Source: Stegostoma tigrinum (lineage: Eukaryota). From it: a DNA stretch of 64,000 bases. The translations under genes were made by a program, and so were the position numbers. Shown here piece by piece: positions 53,834 to 64,000 of the stretch. The notes below the pieces were generated by a model. It ran no database searches. It was not told where the DNA came from and saw nothing but the letters and a program-made list of their open reading frames with translations. The DNA lies in NCBI RefSeq assembly GCF_030684315.1, contig NC_081367.1:31540792-31604791 (forward strand), in the 5' to 3' direction. Each line of letters opens with the position of its first letter. Within the stretch, counting starts at the first letter, position 1.

Positions 53834-56185
53834 AGATAATAAAATGTGAGGCTGGATGAACACAGCAGGCCAAGCAGCATCTCAGGAGCACAAAAGCTGA
53901 CGTTTCGGGCCTAGACCCTTCATCAGAGAGGGGGATGGGGGGAGGGAACTGGAATAAATAGGGAGAGAGGGGGAGGCGGACCGAAGATGGAGAGTAAAGA
54001 AGATAGGTGGAGAGGGTGTAGGTGGGGAGGTAGGGAGGGGATAGGTCAGTCCAGGGAAGACGGACAGGTCAAGGAGGTGGGATGAGGTTAGTAGGTAGCT
54101 GGGGATGCGGCTTGGGGTGGGAGGAAGGGATGGGTGAGAGGAAGAACCGGTTAGGGAGGCAGAGACAGGTTGGACTGGTTTTGGGATGCAGTGGGGAGAG
54201 GGGAAGAGCTGGGCTGGTTGTGTGGTGCAGTGGGGGGAGGGGATGCACTGGGCTGGTTTAGGGATGCAGTAGGGGAAGGGGAGATTTTGAAACTGGTGAA
54301 GTCCACATTGATACCATATGGCTGCAGGGTTCCCAGGCGGAATATGAGTTGCTGTTCCTGCAACCTTCGGGTGGCATCATTGTGGCAGTGCAGGAGGCCC
54401 ATGATGGACATGTCATCAAGAGAATGGGAGGGGGAGTGGAAATGGTTTGCGACTGGGAGGTGCAGTTGTTTGTTGCGAACTGAGCGGAGGTGTTCTGCAA
54501 AGCGGTCCCCAAGCCTCCGCTTGGTTTCCCCAACGTAGAGGAAGCCGCACCGGGTACAGTGGATGCAGTATACCACATTGGCAGATGTGCAGGTGAACCT
54601 CTGCTTAATGTGGAATGTCATCTTGGGGCCTGGGATGGGGGTGAGGGAGGAGGTGTGGGGACAAGTGTAGCATTTCCTGCGGTTGCAGGGGAAGGTGCCG
54701 GGTGTGGTGGGGTTGGAGGGCAGTGTGGAGCGAACAAGGGAGTCACGGAGAGAGTGGTCTCTCCGGAAAGCAGACAGGGGAGGGGATGGAAAAATGTCTT
54801 GGGTGGTGGGGTCGGATTGTAAATGGCGGAAGTGTCGGAGGATAATGCGTTGTATCCGGAGGTTGGTAGGGTGGTGTGTGAGAACGAGGGGGATCCTCTT
54901 GGGGCGGTTGTGGCGGGGGCGGGGTGTGAGGGATGTCGCGGGAAATGCGGGAGACGCGGTCAAGGGCGTTCTCAATCACTGTGGGGGGAAAGTTGCGGTC
55001 CTTAAAGAACTTGGACATCTGGGATGTGCGGGAGTGGAATGTCTTATCGTGGGAGCAGATGCGGCGGAGGAATTGGGAATAGGGGATGGAATTTTTGCAG
55101 GAGGGTGGGTGGGAGGAGGTGTATTCTAGGTAGCTGTGGGAGTCGGTGGGCTTGAAATGGACATCAGTTACAAGCTGGTTGCCTGAGATGGAGACTGAGA
55201 GGTCCAGGAAGGTGAGGGATGTGCTGGAGATGGCCCAGGTGAACTGAAGGTTGGGGTGGAAGGTGTTGGTGAAGTGGATGAACTGTTCGAGCTCCTCTGG
55301 GGAGCAAGAGGCGGCGCTGATACAGTCATCAATGTACCGGAGGAAGAGGTGGGGTTTGGGGCCTGTGTAGGTGCGGAAGAGGGACTGTTCCACGTAAGCT
55401 ACAAAGAGGCAGGCATAGCTGGGGCCCATGCGGGTGCCCATGGCCACCCCCTTAGTCTGTAGGAATTGGGAGGAGTCAAAAGAGAAGTTGTTGAGTGTGA
55501 GGACGAGTTCAGCTAGGCGGATGAGAGTGTCGGTGGAGGGGGCCTGGTCGGGCCTGCGGGACAGGAAGAAGCGGAGGGCCTTGAGGCCATCTCCATGCGG
55601 AATGCAGGTGTACAGGGACTGGACGTCCATGGTGAATATGAGGTGTTGGGGGCCAGGGAATTGGAAGTCCTGGAGGAGGTGGAGGGCGTGGGTGGTGTCA
55701 CGGACATAGGTGGGGAGTTCCTGGACCAAAGGGGAGAAAATGGAGTCCAGATAGGTGGAGATGAGTTCGGTGGGGCAGGAGCAGGCTGAGACGATGGGTC
55801 GACCAGGGCAGGCAGGTTTGTGGATTTTGGGAAGGAGATAGAAACGGGCTGTGCGGGGTTGGGGAACAATGAGGTTGGAGGCTGTGGGTGGGAGGTCCCC
55901 TGAGGTGATGAGGTCATGAATGGTGTTGGAGATGATGGTTTGGTGCTCGGGTGTGGGGTCATGATCGAGGGGGCGGTAGGAGGTGGTGTCGGAGAGTTGG
56001 CGTCTGGCCTCGGCGATGTAGAGGTCAGTGCGCCATACTACCACTGCGCCACCCTTGTCTGCGGGTTTGATGGTGAGGTTGGGGTTGGAGCGGAGGGAGC
56101 GGAGGGCTGCCCGTTCTGCGGGGGAGAGGTTGGAGTGGGTGAGAGGGGTGGAGAGGTTGAGGCGGTTGATGTCTCGACGGCAGTT
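53834..56185 (-). mobile_element. Penelope-like retroelement (Neptune type), 5'-truncated: RT + Cys-rich linker + GIY-YIG endonuclease + terminal repeat
   Basis: ORF 54743..56203 has KPADKGGAVVV, PGRPIVS, MDVQSLYT, GVAMGT and YIDD. ORF 54151..54975 has CNRRKCYTC and VVYCIHC..LYVGET. One frameshift near 54930 joins them. Confidence 0.93.
53897..53926 (-). ncRNA. Minimal hammerhead-like motif (intact core)
   Basis: Reverse complement reads ctgatgaagggtctaggcccgaaacgtcag. Confidence 0.6.
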
Positions 56186-56555
56186 GCAGTTTACCTTCTC
56201 CAAATCGTTTCAAGACACTCTCTCTCTTGTTCTAATTATTTACTATTCAGTGTATTATTCCTCTCCTCCTTCTCACAGTTCAACTGACATGAGTTTGCTC
56301 AATTCAGTGAGTGTGCTCCAAACTGTAAGCAATTTCCTCCTTGTGGATCCTTATTATCAACCTCTATAATTTATAATCGTCACACACGAAAGAGTGTGAT
56401 GTGTGTGTTTGCTATGGAGTGTTAACAATAGCTACATTCACAACCTGCTCATGAATAATTTTGCTTAGTGTGCAGTGAGTTTTGCTACCAATATAAATCC
56501 CTGTGTTATTTGTATCTCTGTGGGATGATACTTGCATATTTTCCTCTCTGCTCAG

Positions 56556-56750
56556 ATAAGATACAAAATCTCCTATCACCAAAGGACTTCGATGCTTTAA
56601 CTCGTCTAGTCCTCGTTAATGCAATTTATTTCAAAGGAAACTGGAAGTCTGAATTCAGAGGGGAGAATACCCGCACATTTCAGTTTACCAAAGATGACGA
56701 AAGTGAAATCCAGATACCCATGATGTACCAACAAGGAGATTTCAATTACG
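56556..56750 (+). CDS. SERPINI1: Neuroserpin coding exon 3 ([14 protein letters not shown]...[12 protein letters not shown])
   Basis: Canonical serpin motif NAIYFKGNW; ctcag and gtttgc splice sites; 195 nt. Confidence 0.96.
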
Positions 56751-57625
56751 GTTTGCAAATATTTTGCTTATTTACACAGTTAATTAAAATTGACATTTCA
56801 TTCATTTGACCTGCCTTTGTAATGAAGGTTTAAATCTGTTAGAGTACATTGTTCCTTTTGTTTCCTTAGCCTTTTTAACCATAATGAGTTGAGGTTCTCT
56901 GTTATAACTACACGGTAGCAGGGCTGTTTTAATCATAGCACTCAGCAATAGACAGTGACACATTAAAAATGCTGAAAATCAATATATTCACTTAATATAT
57001 CATCTTTTGTAATTTTGTTGTGGTGAATGGTGTCAGCTGGGGCAGAAGCTAATAAGCTCAATGCTGACACCAAAGATTTGGCCATGAAATCTAGACTTGC
57101 ACTGTAAAGATTTTTCTCCCTTTATTCATTCATGGGATATTTCATGGTCACTTTCAGATTCTTAACTCCAGATATTTATTGAATGCAATATTCCACCATC
57201 TGCTGTGGGGGATTTGAACCTGGGTCTGCAGAATGTTATCTGGGTCTCTGGATTAACAGTCCAATGATAATACCGTTAGGCCATTGCCTTCCCCTCAGGG
57301 AATACCAATTTTTGTCAAAGAAAAATCATTCAAACAGCTGCTATTTTTTTAAAAAAAGGCTTCATCTGCAGCCTTATTTGAATGCAAGTTTATTTCCAGA
57401 ATCAAGCATTATTTCCCTCGCATTTGTATTCAACCAACACCATTAAAGCCATTAAGCTAGTAATTATCTCTGTGGTTTGTGAGAGCTTATTGTGTCGATG
57501 TTGGCTGCTGTGTATCCAATGTAGCAACAGAGGCCACACGTCAAAAATACCTTTTTGGCTGTAAAGCATTTTGTGACATCCCAAGTTTGTAAGATCTTTA
57601 CAAATGTAACCTTGTTTTCTTTCAG

Positions 57626-57830
57626 GTGAATTCAGTGATGGCTCAAATGAGGCAGGAGGAGTGTACCAAGTTTTAGAAATGCCTTACGTTGGCGATGAGA
57701 TGAGTATGATGATAGTACTTCCAAGACAAGAAGTACAACTGGCTACCTTAGAGCCACTTATCAAAACTCAACTAATTAATGAATGGGCAAACTCAGTAAA
57801 GAAGCAGAAGGTTGAAGTATATCTGCCAAG
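57626..57830 (+). CDS. SERPINI1: Neuroserpin coding exon 4 ([21 protein letters not shown]...KVEVYLPR)
   Basis: The [11 protein letters not shown] loop is characteristic of neuroserpin; ttcag and gttgga splice sites; 205 nt. Confidence 0.96.
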
Positions 57831-58114
57831 GTTGGAGGAATTTTCTTGTTTGGGGAATAATGCCTATTAGAATCTATTTGCATTTCTATAATATGATCAG
57901 TAATTTTTAGTTAAAGTAACATATGCATTTGGGGGAAATTTGGTGATTATAGATAACAGTACTTCTTGTGAAATATCCATTTGGGTTATGTTGCAACATG
58001 TAAATAACATTGTACTCTTCTCTTTGAGAATCTCACAGTTTATAATGAGTACTTATTCATTCAGCAGGAAGGTTTTCTTTTCAGACATGAGAGATTAATA
58101 ATGAAGCTTGTTCT

Positions 58115-60465
58115 TAGCAAGTGTTCCTTTAATCCAGCTGGGGCAGGTGACTGAGGTGTCATTGGGGAGCACTTTGAGGCCAGTGACCATAATTCTCTTA
58201 GTTTTAAAACATCTATGGAAAAGGATAGACCAGATCTAAAAGTTAAAGTTCTAAGTTGGAGGAAGGCCAATTTTGATAGTATTAGGCAAGAATTTTCAAA
58301 AGTTGATTGGGGACGGATGTTCGCATGTAAAGGTTTGGCTGGAAATTGTGTAGCCTTCAGAAATGAGATAACAACAGTCTAGAGACAGTATGTTACTGTT
58401 AGGGTGAAGGGCAAGATTGGTGAATGTAGGAAATGATGGATGGCTAGAGAAGTTAATGTTTTGGCCAAGACTCAGAAAGAAGCATATGTCAGGTAGAGAG
58501 TGATTCCCTACGAGTGTATAAAAGCAGTAGGAGTATACTTGAGAAAGAGAAATCAGGAGGGCAGAATAGGGACATAGCTTTGGAAAATGGGGTTAAGGGA
58601 GATCCAAAGGGATTCTACAAATACATTAGGGACAAAAAGGTAACTAGGGAGTGAAGAGGGCCACTTAAAGATCAGAAAGGCCCCCATGTGTGGGACTGCA
58701 GGAGATTGGCGAGATACTGAACAAATATTTTACTTCAGTGCTTACTATGGAGAAGGATATGGAAGATAGAGAATATGGGGAAATACATAACCACATGTTG
58801 AAAAATGTTTGTGCTACAGAGGAGGTGGTGCTGGACATCTGAAAACACACAATGGTGGATAAATGCCTGGGACCTGATCAGGTGTACCCTAGAGGTCTGT
58901 GAGAAGCCAGGGAAGAGATTCTTGGGCCCCTTGCTGTGATATTTGTATCATCGATAGGCAAAGTGCTGGAAGACTGGAAGTTGGCTAACGTGGTGTCACT
59001 ATTTGAGGAAGGTGGTAAAGAAAAGCCAGGGAACTATAGACCAGTGAGTGTGACATCAGTGATGGGCAAGTTTTTGGGGTGTCCTGAGAAACAGGATTTA
59101 CATGTACTTGAAAAGGCAAGAACTTTGTGCATGGGGAATTGTCTCATGAACTTGATTTCATGATGTCTTCAAAAATCGCAGAGAACTAATGATGGATGAG
59201 AGGTGACTTGATAGAGCGGTCCAAAATGATCGGAGGTATAGATAAACAGCCAGAGACTTTTTCCTAGGGTGGAGGTAACTTTTACCAGGGGACATAGTTT
59301 TGGTAGACTGGTTAGCAAGGCTCTTGCAGATATTTGTAGCTCAGGTTGGCGGTGAGGTCATTAACTTGCTCACTGAGCTGTCTGGTTGTAGAAGACTGAG
59401 GGTGGTGGTGGAGGGTTGCTTTTCAGACTGGAAGCCTCTGACCAGCCGTGTGCCATAAAGATTGGTGCTGGGTCCACTGTCTTTCATCGTTTATATCAAC
59501 GATTCAGATGTGAACATAGGAAGTATGGTTAGTAAGTTTGCAGATGGCACCAAAACAGGAGGTTTAGTCTACAGTGAAGAAAGTTACCTCTCTGAGTCCA
59601 ATGGGACCTTGATCAGATGGGCCAATGGGCCAATGAATGGCAGATGGAGTTTAATTTAGATAAATGTGAGATGCTGCATTTTGGAAAGGCATATCAAGGC
59701 ATGACTTACACACTTAATGGTAAGATCCTGGGGAGGATTGCTGAACAAAGACCATGGAGTACAGGTTCATTGTTCCTTGAAAGTGGAGTGGCAGGTCAGT
59801 AGGGTAATGGAGAAGGCATTTGGTACGCTTGCTTTTATTGGTCAGTGCATTGAGTATAGGAGTTGGGAGCTCATGGTGTAGCTGAACAGGGCATTGATTG
59901 ATTAGGCCACTTTTGAAATACTGCCTGCAATTCTAATCTCCCTGCTATAGGAAGGATGCTGTGAAACTTGAAAGGGTTCAGAAAAGATTTATAAGGATGT
60001 TGCCAGGGTTGGAGGGCTTGAGCTTTAGGAAGAGGCTGACCCGACTGGGACTATTTATCCTATAACGTCAGAGGTTGAGGAGTGACTTTTAGAGGTTTAT
60101 AAAATCATGAGGGGCATGGATCGGGTGAATAGCCAAGGTCTTTTCCCCCCAAGTGGAGGAAACCATAACTATACGGCACCGGTCTAAGGTGAGAGGGGAA
60201 AGATTTAAAAGAGACTTAGGGGGCAACTTTTTCATGCAGAGGGTGGTCCATGTATGGAATGAGCTGCCAGAGGAGGTGGTGGAGGCTGGTACACTTACCC
60301 AATCCAGATGCCCTTTAAATGTTGTATGTGAATAGGAACGGTTTAGAGGGATACGGGCCAAATGCTGACAGATGGGACTAGATTTATCCAGGATATCTGG
60401 TCAGCATGGACAAGTTGAACTAAAAGGATCTGTTTCCGTTCTGTACATCTCTGACTCTATGATTT
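58115..60465 (+). mobile_element. CR1 LINE, ~2.3-kb 3' part
   Basis: KEKPGNYRPVS, SKFADxTK, WQMEFNxDKC and FFMQRVVHVWNELP motifs; 3' tail. Confidence 0.88.
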
Positions 60466-60629
60466 TGTTATTCTGCCTGAGAACCTTCATAGATATGTGC
60501 AAGGTTCACAATGACTGGAGTTACAAAGATGCTTTACTTTTAATATTGTTTTGAGGTGAAGTTTTTGAAGATTGTGAAGAATACATTTATTTTAAGTTTT
60601 GTGGAAATGTCTGGTGTTACAGATTTATA

Positions 60630-62655
60630 GAGTCCTAAAGATACATAGCATGGAAACAGTCCCTTTAGTCCAACTCGACCAGATATCCTGAATAAATCCA
60701 ATCCCATTTGCCAGCATTTGGCCTTTATCCGTCTCAGCCCTTCCTATTCATATACCCAATCCAGATGCTATTTAAAAGTTGTAATTGTACCAGCCTACAT
60801 CACTGCCTCTGGTATACATGCCCAACCCTCTGTGGAAAAAAAATTGCCCCTTTATGTGCCTTCTAAATCTTTCTTTCTCCTTTCACCCTAAACCTAGCTC
60901 CTGCTGTTTTGAACCCCCATACCTTGGGAAGAAGACCTTCACTATTCACCCTATCATGTCCCACACGATTTTATAACCCTCTACAAGGTCACCCCTTAGC
61001 CTCTGATGCCCTAGGGAAAATAACCCCAGCCCATTCAGCTGCTGCCTGTAGCTCAAACTCTCCAACTCCGGCGACATCTTTGTAAATCTTTTTTGAACCC
61101 ATTCACATTTCACAACAGCTTTCCGACAGCAGGGAGCCCAGAATTAAATGCAGTATTCCAGAAGTAGCCTAATCAATGTCCGGTATGACATGACCTCCCA
61201 ACTCCTATACTCCATACACTGACCAATATAGCAAGCATACCAAATGCCGCCTTCGCTATGGTCCTGTTGTAGTCTGAGATAATGTTATTCACTGTTCATT
61301 ATACCACCAATTTTGGTGTCCTCTGCAAACTTACTAACATTCCTTCTGTATTTGCATCCAAATCATTACATAAATGATAAAAAATAGTGGACCCAGCACC
61401 GATTTTCTTGCAGTACATCACTGGCTACAGGCCTTCAGACTGAAATAAGACAGTCCTCCACTACTACCCTCTCTCTCCTATCTTCGAGCCAATTTTGTAT
61501 CCCGATGCCCAGCTCTCCCCAGATCCCATGTGATCTAACCTTGCTAACCAGTCTGCCATGCAGAAACTTGTCAAACACCTTGCTGAAGCCCATATAGACA
61601 GTATTCACTGTTTGCCTTCATCCATCTTCTTCGTCACTTCAAAAAAACTCAATCAAATTAGTGAGACACAATTTCCCATGCACAAAACCATACTGACTAT
61701 CAGTTCTTGCCTTTCCAAATACCTGTAACTCTAGTACCTCAGGATTCCCTTCCAACAACTTATCCACCACCGATGTCTGGCCTGTAGTTCCCTGGCTTTT
61801 CCTTACTACTTTTCTTAAATAGTGGCACCATATTCGCCACCCTCCAGTATCGTGACACCTCACCCGTGGCTATCGATGATACTGACATCTCAGCAAAAGG
61901 CCCAGCAATCCCTTCTCTAGCTTCCCATTAAGTTCTGGGATACACCTGATCAGGTCACAGGGATATGTCCACCTTTATGCATTTTAAGTCCAGCACCACC
62001 ACCAATGCAATATTGCCATTTTTTCAAGATACCACTATTTATTCCTCATGTTCTCTAGATTCCATATCCCCCTCCACCGTAAATATTGATGCGAAATACT
62101 TCATAGACAGTCTTGTTGATCTTTAAGGAGTCCTATTCTCTCCCTATTTACTTTTTTTTTGTCCCCAGTGTATGTACAGAATCTCTTTGGATGCTCCTTA
62201 ACTCTATTTGCCAAAGGTATCTCATGTCCCCTTTTTGCCCTCTGGATTTCCCTTTTATTCGATCCCAGCTGTATATGCTTGTCATATGTTTCCTTTTCTT
62301 GGCCACAGCCTCAATTTCTCTAGTCATCTAGTCTTGCCTTTCACCCTAACAGGAACATACTGCCTCTGGACTCTCGTGATCTCATTTTTGAAAGTTTCCC
62401 ATTTCCAAACCGTCCCTTTTCCTGCAAACAGTCTCTTGAAAGTTCTTGCACAATACCGTCAAAATCGGCCTTATTCCAATTTAGAACTTTAACTTTTGGA
62501 TCAGATCTGTCCTTTTCCATAGGTATTTCAAAGCTAACAGAATTATGATTACTGGCCACAAAGTGCTCCCCCAATGACACCTCAGCCACTTGCCATGCCT
62601 GATGTCCCAAGAGAAGGTCAAGGTTTGCTCCTTCTGCAATAAGTGTTTTCACATA
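60630..62655 (-). mobile_element. CR1 LINE, ~2-kb 3' part, tail-to-tail with the previous copy
   Basis: LDLLLG..LGEHF..SNHN, QYGFVHGKLCLTNLIEFF; 3' UTR at about 60630-60760. Confidence 0.88.
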
Positions 62656-62963
62656 CTGAACAAAAAAAATTATTTTACAGTTGAGATTGCCGCTTGTGCT
62701 AACTCTGTGTGAACAAGGTTTTTTTTAATTGTTGTTTTGGAATTGCAGTTCAAGGGGAATATATTAAGCACTATAGCAGCAACAGTTGATTTTTGCTTTA
62801 CAGAAGTGATATCATTAATCCTTTTCAGCTCTGCAGAAGAAACCTTTCTCCTTTAATAAACGTTGATCTATCATTTAAAATTAAAGCAAAAGAAATGTTT
62901 ACAATGAATTCCAACTTTCTTGTTTTCATTTTTGTTTAAATGCATATAAAATTATGTTGCTAG

Positions 62964-63061
62964 ATTCAAAATGACACAGAATATTGATTTGAAGGAAGTT
63001 CTCACTGGCCTAGGAATCTCTGAAATGTTTGGTGCTGAGGCTGACCTCTCAGTAATGACTG
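62964..63061 (+). CDS. SERPINI1: Neuroserpin coding exon 5 (FKMTQNIDLKEVLTGLGISEMFGAEADLSVMT); later exons are beyond the window
   Basis: Manual translation; gctag and gtaagt splice sites; 98 nt; phase continues from the previous exon. Confidence 0.93.
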
Positions 63062-63089
63062 GTAAGTAAAGTTCTTCCCATTTAAATAA

Positions 63090-63292
63090 AAACCAAAAGA
63101 ACTGTGGATGCTGTAAATCAGGAACAAAAACAGAAATTGCTGGAATAGTTCAGCAGGTCTGGCAGCATCTGTAAAAAAACAGAGTTAACATTTTGGGTCC
63201 AGTGACCTGAAACATTAGCTTTGATTTTCTTTCTGTCTTCACAGATGCTGCCAGACCTGCTGCGCTTTTCTACAAACTTCTGTTTTTGTTTT
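63090..63292. mobile_element. Third fold-back PLE-like family; related copies at about 2677-3050, 22065-22155, 35345-35420 and 63485-63575
   Basis: cagcaggtctggcagcatctg is mirrored by cagatgctgccagacctgctg; gttaacattttgggtccagtgacc is the reverse complement of a stem II-GAAA-like motif. Confidence 0.55.
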
Positions 63293-64000
63293 TCTCCTCA
63301 CTTAAAGTTTGTCTCATTTGCCTGTTTCAGTGCATGTAAAATTCTGTTTAAAACTAGCTGCAGTAACAAATCTTTGAAACTTTCTTCTAATGCTGTAGAC
63401 GGGCAGCCCTTCCCTTCAGCACTGGTTGTTAGGATGAATTAATAGCTGATGATATTGGAGGAACGAGAATTGTTTTTTAGAAACACGATCAGAAGTTGCT
63501 GGAGAATCTCAGCAGGTCGGTCAGCATCTGCGGAGAGAAGGCAGAGAGTTAATGTTTCGGGTCCAGTGACCCCCCCCCGCCCCCTCCTGAATGTAAATAG
63601 TGTAATGGTAACAATACTGAAAAGGTTGTGGCACTTTGGAAATAAAGACTGGTGTCTCTGAAGCTTGCCTGTTTACAAAGATGAATTTTAACATTATTGC
63701 GGTTACTTTCAAATATCCTTGTAAAAAGAATACCCCCTAATTGCTGGAATGGTTTTTTGCTATTTATAGTCAGCAAAAGCAACTCTCATTTTCAATTTTG
63801 GTTGTCTTGTCTAGTCGTTTACCTCCGCTTTTAAGTTTATCCCAATGTGCAGGATTTGTATTTCAGGTACTGTCGGGGTACGCTGATGATATTGAAGTGA
63901 AGGATGAACGTGGCACAGATACACAGGGGCAGTTGACCTAAGCTAGCAGCACAGTTACAACTTGGTCAAAAGGAGGCTGTAGAGAGAGAGAGAGAGAGAG

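Noticed and set aside
54170-56369. Antisense and alternate-frame ORFs over the PLE copies
   Set aside because: Expected by-product of C-rich, stop-poor PLE coding sequence; no independent evidence.
52057-63061. SERPINI2 (pancpin) or another serpin
   Set aside because: The [11 protein letters not shown] loop, overall similarity and head-to-head position with PDCD10 indicate SERPINI1.

Overview
Vertebrate genomic DNA, very probably a shark or other elasmobranch (HE1-type V-SINE, shark-type CR1 and Penelope-like repeats). It holds the WDR49(-)/PDCD10(-)/SERPINI1(+) block known from human 3q26. That comprises the first coding exon and probable promoter of WDR49, all 7 coding exons of PDCD10/CCM3 (633 nt, 210 aa + stop), a CpG-rich head-to-head PDCD10/SERPINI1 promoter, and 5 coding exons of neuroserpin, which runs off the right edge. 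The rest is largely repeats: CR1 LINE fragments, tRNA-derived SINEs, a rearranged Gypsy remnant, and many Neptune-type Penelope-like elements (PLEs; RT + GIY-YIG) whose terminal repeat carries a minimal hammerhead-ribozyme-like motif. Five things stand out. (1) Short fold-back PLE insertions with 9-15 bp TSDs that repeatedly break at the hammerhead motif. (2) An apparent orientation bias of intact hammerhead cores relative to host genes. (3) Three local templated duplications (206, 403, ~474 bp), each copied leftwards from a donor about 1.2-1.3 kb away. (4) A uORF overlapping the PDCD10 start as AUGA. (5) An inverted CR1 pair containing a 31-bp micro-inversion. I see no clear new protein-coding system. 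Exon coordinates were read by hand; repeat boundaries are approximate.
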